This document shows, piece by piece, positions 13,023 through 25,710 of a stretch of DNA of 64,000 nt. A model generated the notes under the pieces. It made no database searches. It was not told the origin of the DNA and saw nothing but the letters and a program-made list of their open reading frames with translations. Origin of the DNA: Octopus vulgaris (Eukaryota); assembly GCA_951406725.2 (NCBI GenBank), contig OX597815.1:27032001-27096000 (forward strand), read 5' to 3'. The translations under genes and the position numbers were made by a program. Position 1 is the first letter of the stretch, and every line of letters starts with the position of its first letter.

Positions 13023-14411
13023 TGTGATAGTATATGAGTGCAGGTGCTGTCAAATGATGGGAACGGTTGCTGCAGCTGCTGTTGTTGTTGTTGTTGTTGC
13101 TATTGTTGCTGCTGCTGCTGCTGATGATGATGATGATTATGATGATGTTGAGTCTCAGACATATGCTAATTGTGTAGGCCTACCATTAGTCAAAGACATT
13201 CAAGCTGTGACCATCCTGTCTTTCTTGTTTATCAATGACTACATTGTCCAATTTATCTTCACTCACTTTTCTTTTGGAGATGGTAGGTTGTATTTGAGTG
13301 ACTTTGGCTGCTATTTCTACAAATACATAGATGTTTATCATATAATATTATACAATATATTATAATACTATGCAATGTATTATAATATTATTCAATATAT
13401 TATAATATATTACATATAATATTATAATATATTATATATTATAATATTATATTTATATATAATAATATTATACGTGCAGGTGGCACGTAAAAAACACCCA
13501 CTACACTCGCGGAGTGGTTGGCGTTAGGAAGGGCATCCAGCCGTAGAAACACTGCCAGATCTGACTGGGCCTGACGAAGCCTTCCAGCTTCACAGACCCC
13601 AGTTGACCCGTCCAACCCATGCTAGCATGGAAAACGGACGCTAAACGATGATGATGATGATGATGATTATAATATATGTGAGCAAAGTTTCAGTGGCCAG
13701 ACTTTGTAAAGTGCAACAGCATTAAGAACTCTGATAAGGCAATATCTACAATGCATTTGCCATACTAATATTGGTACCAACATCTTTTTGGTGTCAATAA
13801 AATAAGTACCAGTTGAACACTAGGGTCAATATAACTGATTCCCCCTGAACATGGTTGGCCCTGTGCCAAAATTTAAAACCATTTTTATTTTAGGCAGCAA
13901 GCTAGCAGAAATGTTAGCACACCAGGCAAAATGCTCAGCTGCATTTCGTCTGTCTTTACGTTCTGAGTTCAAATTTCACCAAGGTCCACGTGCATTTCAT
14001 CCTTTTGGGGTCAATAAAATAAGTACCAGTTGAACACTGGGGGGCGATCTAATTGACCTTACCTTCCCTCAAAATTGCTGGCCTTGTGCCAAAATTTATC
14101 TATAAAAAAATTATGCTACATAGAAATTAAAACTTGAGAGATCTTGACATCAACTGGAAGCCTCCACAGATATTGTCGTATTGTCAGACTCTGTCTCAGA
14201 AGAAATGACAGGAGAAAAGGTTTATGATCAGCCTTTTAGCTATGTCGTGCATGGCTTAGTGGTTAGGGTGTTGGACTCATGATTGTAAGATTGTACTTTC
14301 GATTTCTGAACAAGGCAACATGTACTCTTGAGAAAAACACTTCATTTCACATTGTTTCAGTCCTCTCAGCTGACAAAAATGAGTAATCTTATGATGGACT
14401 GGTGTTTCATA

Positions 14412-14915
14412 ATAATAATAATGAAATTATTGTATACAGTGCTCAGGTGCACCACAACTTGTCTAAAAGTGTGTATAAAGTATATGCAGTAATGTACAAA
14501 TGTCTGGAAAGCGAACAGTGTATGAGTCAGATACATGCTTGCGTTTGTATGGAGGGGAGAAAATCAGGTGTAGTGTTGGCGAATCTCAGGAAGCATGGAA
14601 GTATTGAAGGATGCAATGCTCCGACAACTAACAACTGATGCCGGCAATTTGTTCCATGCTTCAGTAACCCTTAGCATGAAAAAATGTTTCCTGAAAATCA
14701 TGGGAGCTGTGCTGTTTTCTGACTTTGTAAACATGTCCACGGGTGTTAGACAGGTGGAGTTTGAAAAGGTGCTCAGAGTTATTGTTTATAAGCTGGTTAA
14801 TAATTTTATGGGTGTCTGCCAAGTCAGCTGCCAGACGTGGGAGTGTCAATGTATCCATGCCCAGGGAAGTAAGGCATTCAGAATATGGCAAATGCCTGAT
14901 GGAGAGTGTGGAATA
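14412..14915 (-). mobile_element. CR1/L2-type LINE 3' end
   Basis: Minus-strand TLSIRHLPYSECLTSLGMDTL..RLAADL..THKII..NTRGH.YKV is a CR1-like C-terminus; (AAT)n tail; inserted in a family D SINE. Confidence 0.85.
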
Positions 14916-15009
14916 TATATGCCATGAAACTGGGAAATTGGCCCTTGTAAGTTGGATTGACATTTTACTCTTTAACTGTTATGTGGTTGGTATCACCCAA
15001 ACAGCATTT

Positions 15010-15840
15010 ATTTAAAGAATTGCAGCAAAAATAAACTCCTCAACCAAATGCTCAAAAATGAAGTGAACAACATTTTATGGGTTGATAATGGACTCCAATA
15101 CTGCTGAACTATAGTGTATCTCATCAAAAATCTGGAGGGAGTTGTGAGTGAGTGTGTGTATGTGTGTGTTTGTAAGTACTTGTGTCTGTGTGTGTGCATG
15201 GGTGCTTGTGTTTGTGCCTGTGTTTGTGTGTGTGTGTGTGTGTTGTGTGTGTGTGTGTTTGTAAGTGCTTGTGTCTGTGTGTGAACGGGTGCTTGTTTGA
15301 GTGTGTGTGTGTATGTCTGTATGTTTGTATGGGTGTGCCTGTGTTTCTCTGTGTGTGTGTGTGTGTATGTGTGTGTGTGTGTGTGCGGCAAGGGCATCAT
15401 CTACATCCACTGCATTCCCTCTGGATAGACAGTCAACAAAGAGTACTTGGTGGGGGTGGGGGGTCTGAGGGAGTTCAGAAAGAGATTTTATCATAAAAAG
15501 CCAGAGTACTTGCACCAGGACAATGCACCAATCCACAATTTCATCCTGATAACTCACCAACTACTTGACAGAGATGGGCATCAAAACTGTCCCTCATCCT
15601 CCTTACAGTCTACACCTTGGTTCCCAAACTGAAGAAAAAGATGAAGGAGGCTGTAACAAGAATTCCTGATACCTTCACTTCCATGGAAGTGGGGGTGCCT
15701 TCATGAGGGGGCTGGAGTGCTACAACAAATGCATTTAAGTCAGAAGATCCTACTTTGAAGGAGATTAAAGTTTTGTATTTGTTTGAAATAAATAAGCATC
15801 TCTCCTGAAAATATTTGAAAACTCCAGGAATGCACCTTAT
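15010..15840 (+). pseudogene. Decayed mariner transposase remnant split by a TG-rich tract
   Basis: 15385-15620 gives GIIYIHCIPSG*TVNKEY, LHQDNAPIHN and HPPYS, resembling the mariner HDNA/YSPDL motifs. Confidence 0.7.
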
Positions 15841-16793
15841 ATATCTTACATATAAATGGTAATTTCTGTCTGTCCAGCTGTCTGTTACCAACTTAGTGCC
15901 TAACCCACTGAACCAATATTCACAAAACTTTGCTTACATGTGATACAAACATCCAGTTCAATAATAGGCTAATTGAATTTCAATAAAAATCTATAATGTT
16001 CCCCCCAGGAGCTTAGGGTGAATTATATGATAAAATGAGAATGTTGCAAAATTATAAGTATGAGAGGGTGATGTCTATCAGTGAAGGCAAGAACAGCGGT
16101 GGTACTGGGATGGTAACGTTACTATAGCTGTCATATATACAAACAGAGAGATGACTTCTATCACTAAAGGCAAGAATAGTGGTGAGAATGGGATGGTAAT
16201 GCTACTATAGCTGTCATATACACACGACACTGCATACATACATTTGTAAATACATAGATACAACACACACACACACACACAAGGTGGGTGTGAGGAATAT
16301 GTAGCTTTAAGGAGAGAGTGTAGTGGGTGCTTTTACGTGCCACTGGCATGGGGTCAGAAAGGCGGTACTGGCAACAACCTTGCTCAAATCTTTTACACAT
16401 GCCACCGGCACAGGTGCCAGTAAGGCGATGTTGGTAATGATCATGCTCAAATGATGTCTTTTACATGATATATACTCATATGTATGTATATATATGTATG
16501 TTTGCATGCATGTATGTATGAGTTGTGTGTGTGTGTGTCTGTTTGTGTCTGTGTCAGTGTCTGTGTATTTATGTACACACACAGTTACATTATCTGTCAT
16601 ATCATCATCATCATTTAACATTTGTTTACCATGCTGGCATAAGTTGGAAGGTTTGACAGGAACTGGTGAACCATAAGGCTGCATCAAATGTCAGCTTTGG
16701 CATGGTTTCTACAGCTGGACACCTTCTCTTACACCAACCACATTACAAAATATACTCGGTCTAGTTAGCTCACCAAGGAACTTACACACACAA

Positions 16794-16825
<32 letters not shown>

Positions 16826-16959
16826 GTACAAATGTATAAGTGTCGATTAGAGGTCGTGACAAAAGACATTAGCCTAACATGCCACACAGTGAAATTCAAC
16901 CCAGGAACTCCTGTGTGTAAAGTGAATCTCTAAGCTATTTGGCCATGCTGTATCCCTAC

Positions 16960-17597
16960 ATACATGTATACATACATATATTCATACATACATACATACA
17001 TGTATACATTCATTCATATATACACACACACACACACGCACACGCATATATATATAGACACTTACACATATACATACTCACACACACACACCAACAAACA
17101 TACTGAAATACATACATATATAAATACATACTCACATACATACACACATATACATCACACACAAATACATATACACACATGCATGCTTGCATGCACACAC
17201 ACATACACATACATACATACATACACACACATACATACATACATACATACACACATATACATCACACACAAATACATACATGCACACGCATACTTGCACG
17301 CACACACACATACACATACATACCTACATATATACATACATACACACATACATACATACATACACACACACATATACATCACACACAAATACCTATACGC
17401 AAACGCATGCATGCACGCACACACACACATACATTCATACATACATACATACACACATACATACATACATACCTACATACATACACACATATACATCACA
17501 CACAAATACATATACGCACACGCATGCTTGCACGCACACACACACACACATACACATACATACATACATACATACATACATACATACATACATACAC
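16960..17597. repeat. Compound CA/TACA microsatellite with ~110-125 bp higher-order unit (about 4 copies)
   Basis: catatacatcacacacaaatac...gcatgcttgcacgcacacac recurs near 17148, 17254, 17371, 17487. Confidence 0.85.
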
Positions 17598-17610
17598 TCT
17601 GCTGACTCAC

Positions 17611-17735
17611 TCTACTCAGGTAATGAAGCGTTAAGTCTATGAATAACGTATTTGGTCTTTCAAACGTTTGTTTCTCTAGATGTGTATCGGTGCTTAAATT
17701 ATTGAGAAAACCACACAGATGAAAGGAAAGACTGT
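17611..17735 (-). CDS. Putative internal coding exon of an unidentified minus-strand gene (DSLSFHLCGFLNNLSTDTHLEKQTFERPNTLFIDLTLHYLSR)
   Basis: Acceptor tctctatttctgtttag and donor AGA|gtgagt; 125 nt; only the phase-1 frame is open; unique-looking sequence island between microsatellites. Protein not recognised. Confidence 0.45.
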
Positions 17736-17873
17736 CTAAACAGAAATAGAGATTGACAATTCCAACACAAGCTAACCAAAACATCAACTGAGTCATATTA
17801 TGTCTTTTTTTGAGGGTGTTTGTGTGTATGTGTTATTTCTTTGATTATGTGCAAACCTGTGTGCATGCATGTA

Positions 17874-17940
<67 letters not shown>

Positions 17941-17949
17941 GAGAGAGAG

Positions 17950-17980
<31 letters not shown>

Positions 17981-18045
17981 TTGTATATTGTCAAGCAATA
18001 GCGGAAGAGAAAAACATGAACACAAACATTAACATACATATAAAG

Positions 18046-18928
18046 CATGCATGTGCAACCTGCATCCCGCAGGCTGCATGTAGCTCTCAACATGTTTTTT
18101 GTTTGGCCCTTGATGAGTTTCTAGGTTTTCTAATTTCATACTAAGACAAATAAAATTTCATACTAAGAGAAATAAAATTTCATATTGAGACAAATAAAAT
18201 TTCATACTAAGAGAAATATAATTTCATACTGAGACAAATAAAATTTCATACTTAGAGAAATAAAATTTCATACTAAGAGAAATAAAATTTCATACTAAGA
18301 CAAATAAAATTTCATACTAAGACAAATAAAATTTCATACTAAGAGAAATAAAATTTCATACTAAGACAAATAAAATTTCATACTAAGAGAAATAAAATTT
18401 CATATTGAGACAAATAAAATTTCATACTAAGAGAAATATAATTTCATACTGAGACAAATAAAATTTCATACTTAGAGAAATAAAATTTCATACTAAGAGA
18501 AATAAAATTTCATACTAAGACAAATAAAATTTCATACAAAGAGAAATAAAATTTCATACTAAGACAAATAAAATTTCATACTAAGAGAAATAAAATTTCA
18601 TACTAAGACAAATAAAATTTCATACTAAGACAAATAAAATTTCATATTAAGACAAATAAAATTTCATACTAAGACAAATAAAATTTCATACTAAGACAAA
18701 TAAAATTCCATACTAAGACAAATAAAATTTCATTCTGAGACAAATAAAATTTCATACAAAGACAAATAAAATTTCATACTGAGACAAATAAAATTAAGGA
18801 GAACTGCAAGAAATTCAGTGTAAAAGGGTGAAGTAATATTTCATGTATATGTATTTTATCATGCAGCCTTCTCCCACTTGGAAATGGTAGGATGCAGCCC
18901 CCAGTTGAGAAAAAGTTACCCATCCCTG
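18046..18928. mobile_element. hAT-type MITE carrying a minisatellite
   Basis: 8-bp TSD atataaag (18038-18045, 18929-18936); degenerate TIRs catgcatgtgcaacc / agttacccatccctg. Confidence 0.75.
18131..18795. repeat. 22-bp minisatellite (aaaatttcatactaagaca/gaaat), about 30 copies
   Basis: Direct inspection; the variant pattern repeats at a 220-bp offset (18181 vs 18401). Confidence 0.95.
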
Positions 18929-18996
18929 ATATAAAGTGTCTTGCCAACTATCCAACTCCAGATATTAGTTCTCTGTAACGTAATGCAATAAAAGTA

Positions 18997-19091
18997 TTCT
19001 CTGATGATGCCTTGTGGTTAAACATCCAGCTGCACTTGGAACATCTAATGTAGAGTTACAAACAACCACAATGGTGAAACGTACATAGGAA
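18997..19091 (+). ncRNA. Type I hammerhead ribozyme motif (slightly decayed)
   Basis: ttct-CTGATGA-t-gccttgtggtt...aaccacaatggt-GAAAC-gtac-AT-A-ggaa; stem II ttgtggtt/aaccacaa; stem III looks like ACGTACGT with one G>A change. Confidence 0.6.
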
Positions 19092-19321
19092 CAAATGATA
19101 TAAATTTGTGTTTATCAAAATTTCTTGTATGTTTGCTCCAAATATTATAACTAGTAATACTACTAACTATAGTATTTGCTTAATATCACTATCCTGGAGG
19201 CAGACTGGATGAAGATAATCTGCATGGAGCTCTAAACTTCAGAGTAGCAGTTGGCAGTTATACATCTATTTGCACACTCAAGATATACCATATATACATA
19301 TATACATATATATATATATAT

Positions 19322-19583
19322 ATCATCATCATCATCATTTAGCGTCCGTTTTCCATGCTAGCATGGGTTGGACGGTTCAACTGGGGTCTGTGAAGCCGGA
19401 AGGCTTCATCAGGCCCAGTCAGATTTGGCAGTGTTTCTACGGCTGGATGCCCTTCCTAACGCCAACCACTCTGCGAGTGTAGTGGGTGTTTTTTACGTGC
19501 CACCTGCACAGGTGCCAGACAGAGCTGGCACAACGGCCACGAACGGATGGTGCTTTTACGTGTCACCGGCACGGGGCCAGCCA
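19322..19583 (-). mobile_element. RTE 3' module copy
   Basis: (CAT)n then cgtccgttttccatgctagcatgggttggacgg. Confidence 0.85.
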
Positions 19584-19797
19584 TATATATATATATATAT
19601 GCAAGCATGCATACACATATGTATACATATACATACATATATAAGTATGTGTGTGTACATAATATATGTATAAATATATGTGAGCATGTGTGTGTATATA
19701 TATATATATATATATTTTCTTATTTTCTTATTTTCTTATATATATATATATATTTTCAACTGCAGCATTGCCTTTAAAATAGCAGAAATAATAGGTA

Positions 19798-19832
<35 letters not shown>

Positions 19833-19846
19833 TACATGCATTTGAG

Positions 19847-20105
19847 TAAGTGGACATATGAAAGAATGTGTTACTCAATACATTTAGTAGGAGTTACATT
19901 ATTATAATTAAAAACAGTTTGATTCGGCTCCATGTGACTTAAAATTTCATAGACTCATTACAGGAACCTAACCCAATGAGTTAGGTTTCTGTAATGAGCC
20001 TACAAAATTTTAAGCTACAATGGTCTAGATCAAACTGTTTTTAATTATAATAATGTGACTCCTACTAAATGTGCTGAGTGCCTCTTTCTTTCATTTGTCT
20101 ACTTA
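19847..20105. repeat. Long imperfect palindrome (foldback/MITE-like), ~125-bp arms
   Basis: catttagtaggagttacattattataattaaaaacagtttgat pairs with atcaaactgtttttaattataataatgtgactcctactaaatg; loop at about 19973-19979. Confidence 0.85.
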
Positions 20106-20221
20106 ACAACAACAATATATAGTTTATTTGTAGTTTAACAAGACAACCAATGGTTTTATGTGAAGTGATCTTCACAATTGTTTGAGAATGCCACATGGAA
20201 GTGTTGGTACTCATCTTCATT

Positions 20222-20560
20222 TTGGATGAAAACAACATTCGAGCAAGGGCATTGCCTGTGCCGCTGGACTGGCTCCTGTGCAGGTGACACGTAAAAACAC
20301 CATTTGAGTGTGGCCGTTGTCAGTACCGCCTGACTGGCCCTCATGCCGGTGGTACGTAAAAGTACCCACTACACTCTCGGAGTGGTTGTCATTAGGGAGG
20401 GCATCCAACTGTAGAAACTCTGCCAGATCAGATCGGAGCCTGGTGCAGCCATCTGGCTCACCAGTCCCCGGTCAAACCGTCCAACCCATGCCAGCATGGA
20501 AAGCAAACGTTAAACGATGTTGATGATGATAATGATGATGGTGATGATGATGATGATGAC
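20222..20560 (+). mobile_element. RTE 3' module copy
   Basis: Tandem gtggcacgtaaaa-type subrepeats, ccatgccagcatgg, (GAT)n tail. Confidence 0.85.
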
Positions 20561-20590
20561 ATGCATATATTTATTGATATGCTTGGAATA

Positions 20591-20770
20591 TTATTCATAA
20601 TTCTGTAGTTCCGCTAATATCTCATTAACAGCTTCTAATTGTAATTTCTTAAATAGCTGCATCATTTCTGGTTTCAAAAAACCCAGCTTCTCTAGAGTGA
20701 TACTTAGACAGTCAGTTATACAAGTAAGTGCATCATTAACCACAGATATAAATAAATCTAAAATTATAGT
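20591..20770 (-). pseudogene. Divergent R4/Dong-type (RLE) non-LTR C-terminal fragment
   Basis: FISVVNDALTCITDCLSITLEKLGFLKPEMMQLFKKLQ aligns without gaps to FISVIIGAAGYTTTHLD*RVAELGILEGECRSLIHKLQ encoded at 62290-62420. Confidence 0.55.
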
Positions 20771-21094
20771 CTGCATGTGGTGGCTGAAGATTCTCATTAA
20801 CTCAACCGAAATATTTTTTTTCTTTCTGCCTTTACATTATGTTGTCATTTGCCAGTCAAATGATTTCTACTATTGTGCATACTCACACACACACATTTTT
20901 TTTGTTTCTGTCTATAATCATTATAACTGTTATGTCAAGCCTATATTTCACAAGCATTTTAATGGGAGCATTCTACCAGTATTTTATTCACATTAAGAGT
21001 GAAATATCACTGTATCATCTCATATATGTATCCTCGTGACTATTTTTTCAAAGTCACCACCACCACCACCACCACCACCACAACCACCACCACC

Positions 21095-21161
<67 letters not shown>

Positions 21162-21437
21162 CCATTATCATCATCATTTTAACGTTCACTTTTCCAATGC
21201 TTGCATGAGTCAAAAAATAAAAGTTTATTTAAAACGGATTTTCTACCACTAGATGTCCTACTTTTTGCTGAATCATAGCTATTTCCAAACAAGGTAATAT
21301 GTCCTCATTGCCAGATATGTTTTTTGCAGATTATTGGGAATGAAGGACAATCGAACAAACAGACACAAGCATACACATACTCACACTCTCATGCACTCAT
21401 ACATACACACATACATATATACATATATCATCATCAC

Positions 21438-21553
<116 letters not shown>

Positions 21554-23149
21554 CCACCATATTCAGGTAACATCCATTTTCCATGTCAGGCGGTTTGACA
21601 GGAGTGGCCAACTGAAAATCTGTCCAGGCTCCCTGTCTGTTTTGGCATGGTTTCTACAGCTGGATGCTCTTCCTAAAGCCAACCATTTTGCAGAGCGTAT
21701 TGGGTGCTTTTATGCAGCACTGACATGGGTGCATTTATGTGGCACCAGCACCCATGAGCCCACAAGATTAGGGATGCTCAGCTAGAGAAGGATGCAGGGA
21801 CGACATGGCTGTGTGGTTAGGGAGTTTGCCTCCTTGCTACATGGTTTTGGGTTCAGTATCACTGCGTGGCACTTTGGGCAGGTGTCTTCTGCTATAGCCC
21901 CAAGCTGACCGAAGCTTTGTGATTGAATTTGGTAGGCGGCAGTTACTGCCGTGTGTGTATATGTGTGTGTAGGTGCTTGTGCCTCTCCAAGAGAGAGAGA
22001 GAGGGATGTATATATATATATCATCATCATCATCATCATCATTATCATCATCGTTTAACGTCCGCTTTCCATGCTAGCATGGGTTGGACGGTTCAACTGG
22101 GGTCTGGGAAGCCTGAAGGCTGCACCAGGTCAGTCAGATCTGGCAGTGTTTACGCATGTGTGTGTGTGTGACAGGGTTCCTTCAGTTTCTACCATTCAAA
22201 TCCATTCACAAGGTTTTGATCAGCCCAGTGGAACTGAACTTGAGCCCATATGGCTGGGAAGCAGACTTCTTAACCACACAGCCATGGCTGGAGTATGTGC
22301 CACTTGTACCTCTTCTCAATACTGCAGGGCTGCATAAGCTGCCTCAGCAGATTCAGCTACTTGATACTTGATTACTGTAGTCCAAGACTGAAAGATTGAC
22401 AAGAGTCGAATTATTGCAGACACACATTACTACACTTCAGTTGCTAGCTGATACTATAGCCTGATACACTTTTTGAAGCAATTTATTGGCATCCTTAACA
22501 GCCTCATCAACAAAGTTACAGGAAATCAGGAGATACAGAAGCCATGCAGTCATCACTATTCTTACATTATCAAATCAGACACAGGAAATATCCAGCACAA
22601 TCAAGAACATATGCTTTTCATTTCTGGTGTGGAACAATCAATATACTGTACATAGTTTCTAACAACTCTACAATATAATGTTCATGGTCAATGAAAAGGC
22701 TTCTATGTAAACGCTCAAAGTGCTAGAAATAGCAGCCAAATAGCTCATACATCAGACAATATTGTCTTTAAAAAAAGGACATATTGGATGACTTGATTCT
22801 TGATAATCCATTTGTGGAAAGCAAAAACGACAGGATCATAATGGTTGGAATGTCTTTTGATTATAGGGTTTGCTTGATAAAATTTGTCTTGGAGGCAAAT
22901 CAACATGGACAATGAAGGAGCTGTATATGTTCATTTAGCCTGCTAGAAATAACAGCATCGACAATGTGTCCAACAATAACAGCAACAATGGTGGTGATGG
23001 TGGCAGTAACAACTACAACAACAGCATCACCTCCAGCATTAACAGCAGCAATTCCAGCAGCAACAGCAAAAACAACAGCTACACAGCAATGGCAATGACA
23101 ACAGCAGCAACAACAACAGCTGCAGCACCACTGACACAAGGGCACAGAC

Positions 23150-23490
23150 GCTGAAATATGTTGGGTCTACAGAGGGAACCTTCATATAGTGTCTTAACAA
23201 TAACAGGTCTGGCTTTAGGGTCCCAGAAAGGCACAACATTACATCTTTGGTCAGCTACATATGGCATTTAAAAGAAGAGGGTGTCATATGTAATTAAATG
23301 GAAACTCCTTGAACAACCAGGGTTGTACCATAATGGGGGACAAATGATGTAAGCTTTGCTTGGCTGAGAGAGCAAAGATCCTGAAAAATTTGCTCAACCC
23401 AGAGACTTTCTTAAACTACAGAAAAGAGATTTTTAATCAGTGCTCTCATCAGAGAAAATTTAAATTGGAAACATGGAATTCCTCACTGCC
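23150..23490 (+). pseudogene. Penelope-like element, GIY-YIG endonuclease C-terminal fragment
   Basis: KYVGSTEGTF, TSLVSYIWHLKEE, IKWKLL, CKLCLAERAKI, LNYRKEIFNQCSHQRKFKL, with stops and frameshifts. Confidence 0.8.
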
Positions 23491-24133
23491 AATTAGTGAA
23501 AAGTAATCATCCATTGCTGACCCTTTCTCAGATGCCACTGGAACTAATCTAAGAGAGATAACTCCATCTCAACCAGAAAAATGGTTGAACAGCAGAATTT
23601 CGTTTTGGGATATTTTGCTTACAATCCTTGCTGACCAAAACTGTTTCCTACCTCCAGTTGTATAGAGAGGTTATGTGCCTCCAGCCATTGAGTCTGCTGA
23701 GTCACCTTTACCAGTAAGAAATATTATAGCTGTGTAACCAATTGTCACTCTCTGACCAGCAACAAGCAACAACCTTTTGAGTTTCTTATACATGTATAGA
23801 TAGATGTACATGTGTATCTATGTGTGTGTCTGTGTGAGTACATATGTGTGTTTATATAAATCTGTTTAAACATAGTTGAATATGGTCAGGTATGACATGC
23901 TTAATGTAAACTAACATGACACATGGAACAGAAATGACTCAGTGTATGTATGAGAGACAACTGTGTTACTATGAACATTAACCGAGCAATGTAGAATGAA
24001 TGAAAAAGCATAATACACTGACAGTTAGAGACACACAGGAAAGAGGAAAACATAGTGAGACATGAAGGGAGATGGTAGAGAAGGAAAATCTCACGAAGCT
24101 AGGCTTTATTTACAGAAGAGAAGATAGGATTAA

Positions 24134-24353
24134 CCCTTTTATAACCATATTTCTATTGAGATGCTCTGTGTTTCTTTCAATTACTTTAAATATAACAAAG
24201 AATTTAGTAAAATAACTTAGTTATCATTCAGCTATTGTTAGGAACATAAATTGTGAGTAAGGTTTGGTGGAAGATTTTAACTCAAAATTTATGAAAACAA
24301 GACATTTGTACTCAGAGCCAAAGCTGGTTTCAGCCGGGTTGGAAACGAAAGAG
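24134..24353. mobile_element. piggyBac-type MITE
   Basis: TTAA flanks (24130-24133, 24354-24357); degenerate TIRs cccttttataacca / tggaaacgaaagag. Confidence 0.65.
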
Positions 24354-24680
24354 TTAAAGGGAGTGGTGACATGCTATAGCCAAGAACCCAGTCACACTGA
24401 CACATGAAAGCATTCAAAAATGAATTGGCATCAAAATAAAGGTGATGATGAAGACTGATGATGGCAATGATAATGATGACGATGTTGATGATAATGAGGA
24501 AGAGGAGGATAATTGGGGATGAAGGTGATAATGATATTCAAAAATGCTAATGATTGTAGATGATGGGACAGATGAACTAGATGATGACATGTAAGTATGT
24601 ACATTAGACTGCAGGGATGTATACATATATCTATGTGCACATGTATCACACACACACACACAAACACAAAAACATGCATG

Positions 24681-24724
<44 letters not shown>

Positions 24725-24754
24725 TACACATATACACACTCATACACACATATC

Positions 24755-25060
24755 GAGGCACATGGCCTATTGGTTAGAGCAGCGGACTCGCAGTCAAGGG
24801 ATCGTGGGTTCGAATCTCAGACCGGGTGATGTGTGTGTTTATGAGCGAAACACCTAAACTCCACGCGCCTCCAGCAGAAGGTAATGGCGAACTTCTGCTG
24901 ACTCTTTCGCCACAACTTTCTCTCACTCTTTCCTCCTGCATCTTGCAGCTCACCTGTGATGGACCGGCATCCCGTCCAGATGGGGAACCTATACGCCAAT
25001 GAAACTGGGAAACCGGCCCTTATGAGCCAGGCATGGCTCAAGAAAGAACAAAAAAAAAAC
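24755..25060 (+). mobile_element. tRNA-derived SINE (family C, V-domain-like segment)
   Basis: A box tggcctattgg, B box ggttcgaatct, cctgtgatggaccggcatcccgtccag, A-rich tail; second copy at 37292-37601. Confidence 0.85.
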
Positions 25061-25100
25061 ACACACACACACACATGCACACACACACTCACACACACAA

Positions 25101-25308
25101 AGTTGTAATAATGACGTCAAACCAAATAGTGATATTTTGAAATCATTTAATATGCATGTTTCAAGTTTGCATAATATATAGTTAGTAGGAAGCGCATCTA
25201 TTAAGTAAAACTTAAGGCCTTTCCTATCATATAAAAGGCAAACCTGAAATATATATATTGAATGATTTCAAAATATCACTACTTGAATTGACTTCGCTAT
25301 CAAAACTA
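25101..25308. repeat. Imperfect palindrome / foldback MITE
   Basis: tagtgatattttgaaatcatt pairs with aatgatttcaaaatatcacta; inner pairs tttcaagtttgc/gcaaacctgaaa, taggaa/ttccta, ttaagt/acttaa. Confidence 0.8.
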
Positions 25309-25469
25309 ACATGACTAACATGTCAATACAAACTAGCTCTTCTTTACTCCACTTATGCGGATACTCTAGCAATGATTTGGAGTGTTATATTTGACTCATG
25401 TTGAAAATCCTGTTACCATGCACCACATCTTAGCATAACATGAAATATATATGTATGTATATATGTATG

Positions 25470-25521
<52 letters not shown>

Positions 25522-25574
25522 ACTGTTAAATCTAAAAGTTTTTGTGCATCTTGATGCTGACATAAGTTCCTTAC

Positions 25575-25657
25575 TTTTCCTGATGAGAAGGCGGCATAAT
25601 GCACCCCTTATTCCTTCGAAATTAGGAATATGCAGCCTTCGAAACATATGTCGAGAA
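25575..25657 (+). ncRNA. Canonical type I hammerhead ribozyme
   Basis: Stem I ttttc/gagaa; CTGATGA at 25580-25586; stem II gaaggc/gccttc extended by gcata/tatgc; GAAA; stem III AC-atat-GT; GUC triplet with predicted cleavage after 25652. Confidence 0.85.
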
Positions 25658-25710
25658 TAAAATAAAGGAATTTTGTTAATTTGTTGTTCAACTCCATTCT
25701 TTCATTTATT

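Noticed and set aside
18131-18795. CRISPR-like regular array
   Set aside because: Head-to-tail 22-mers with no unique spacers and no cas genes; eukaryotic minisatellite.
24755-24830. tRNA gene
   Set aside because: The A/B boxes belong to a SINE head; no complete cloverleaf and it continues into the SINE body.
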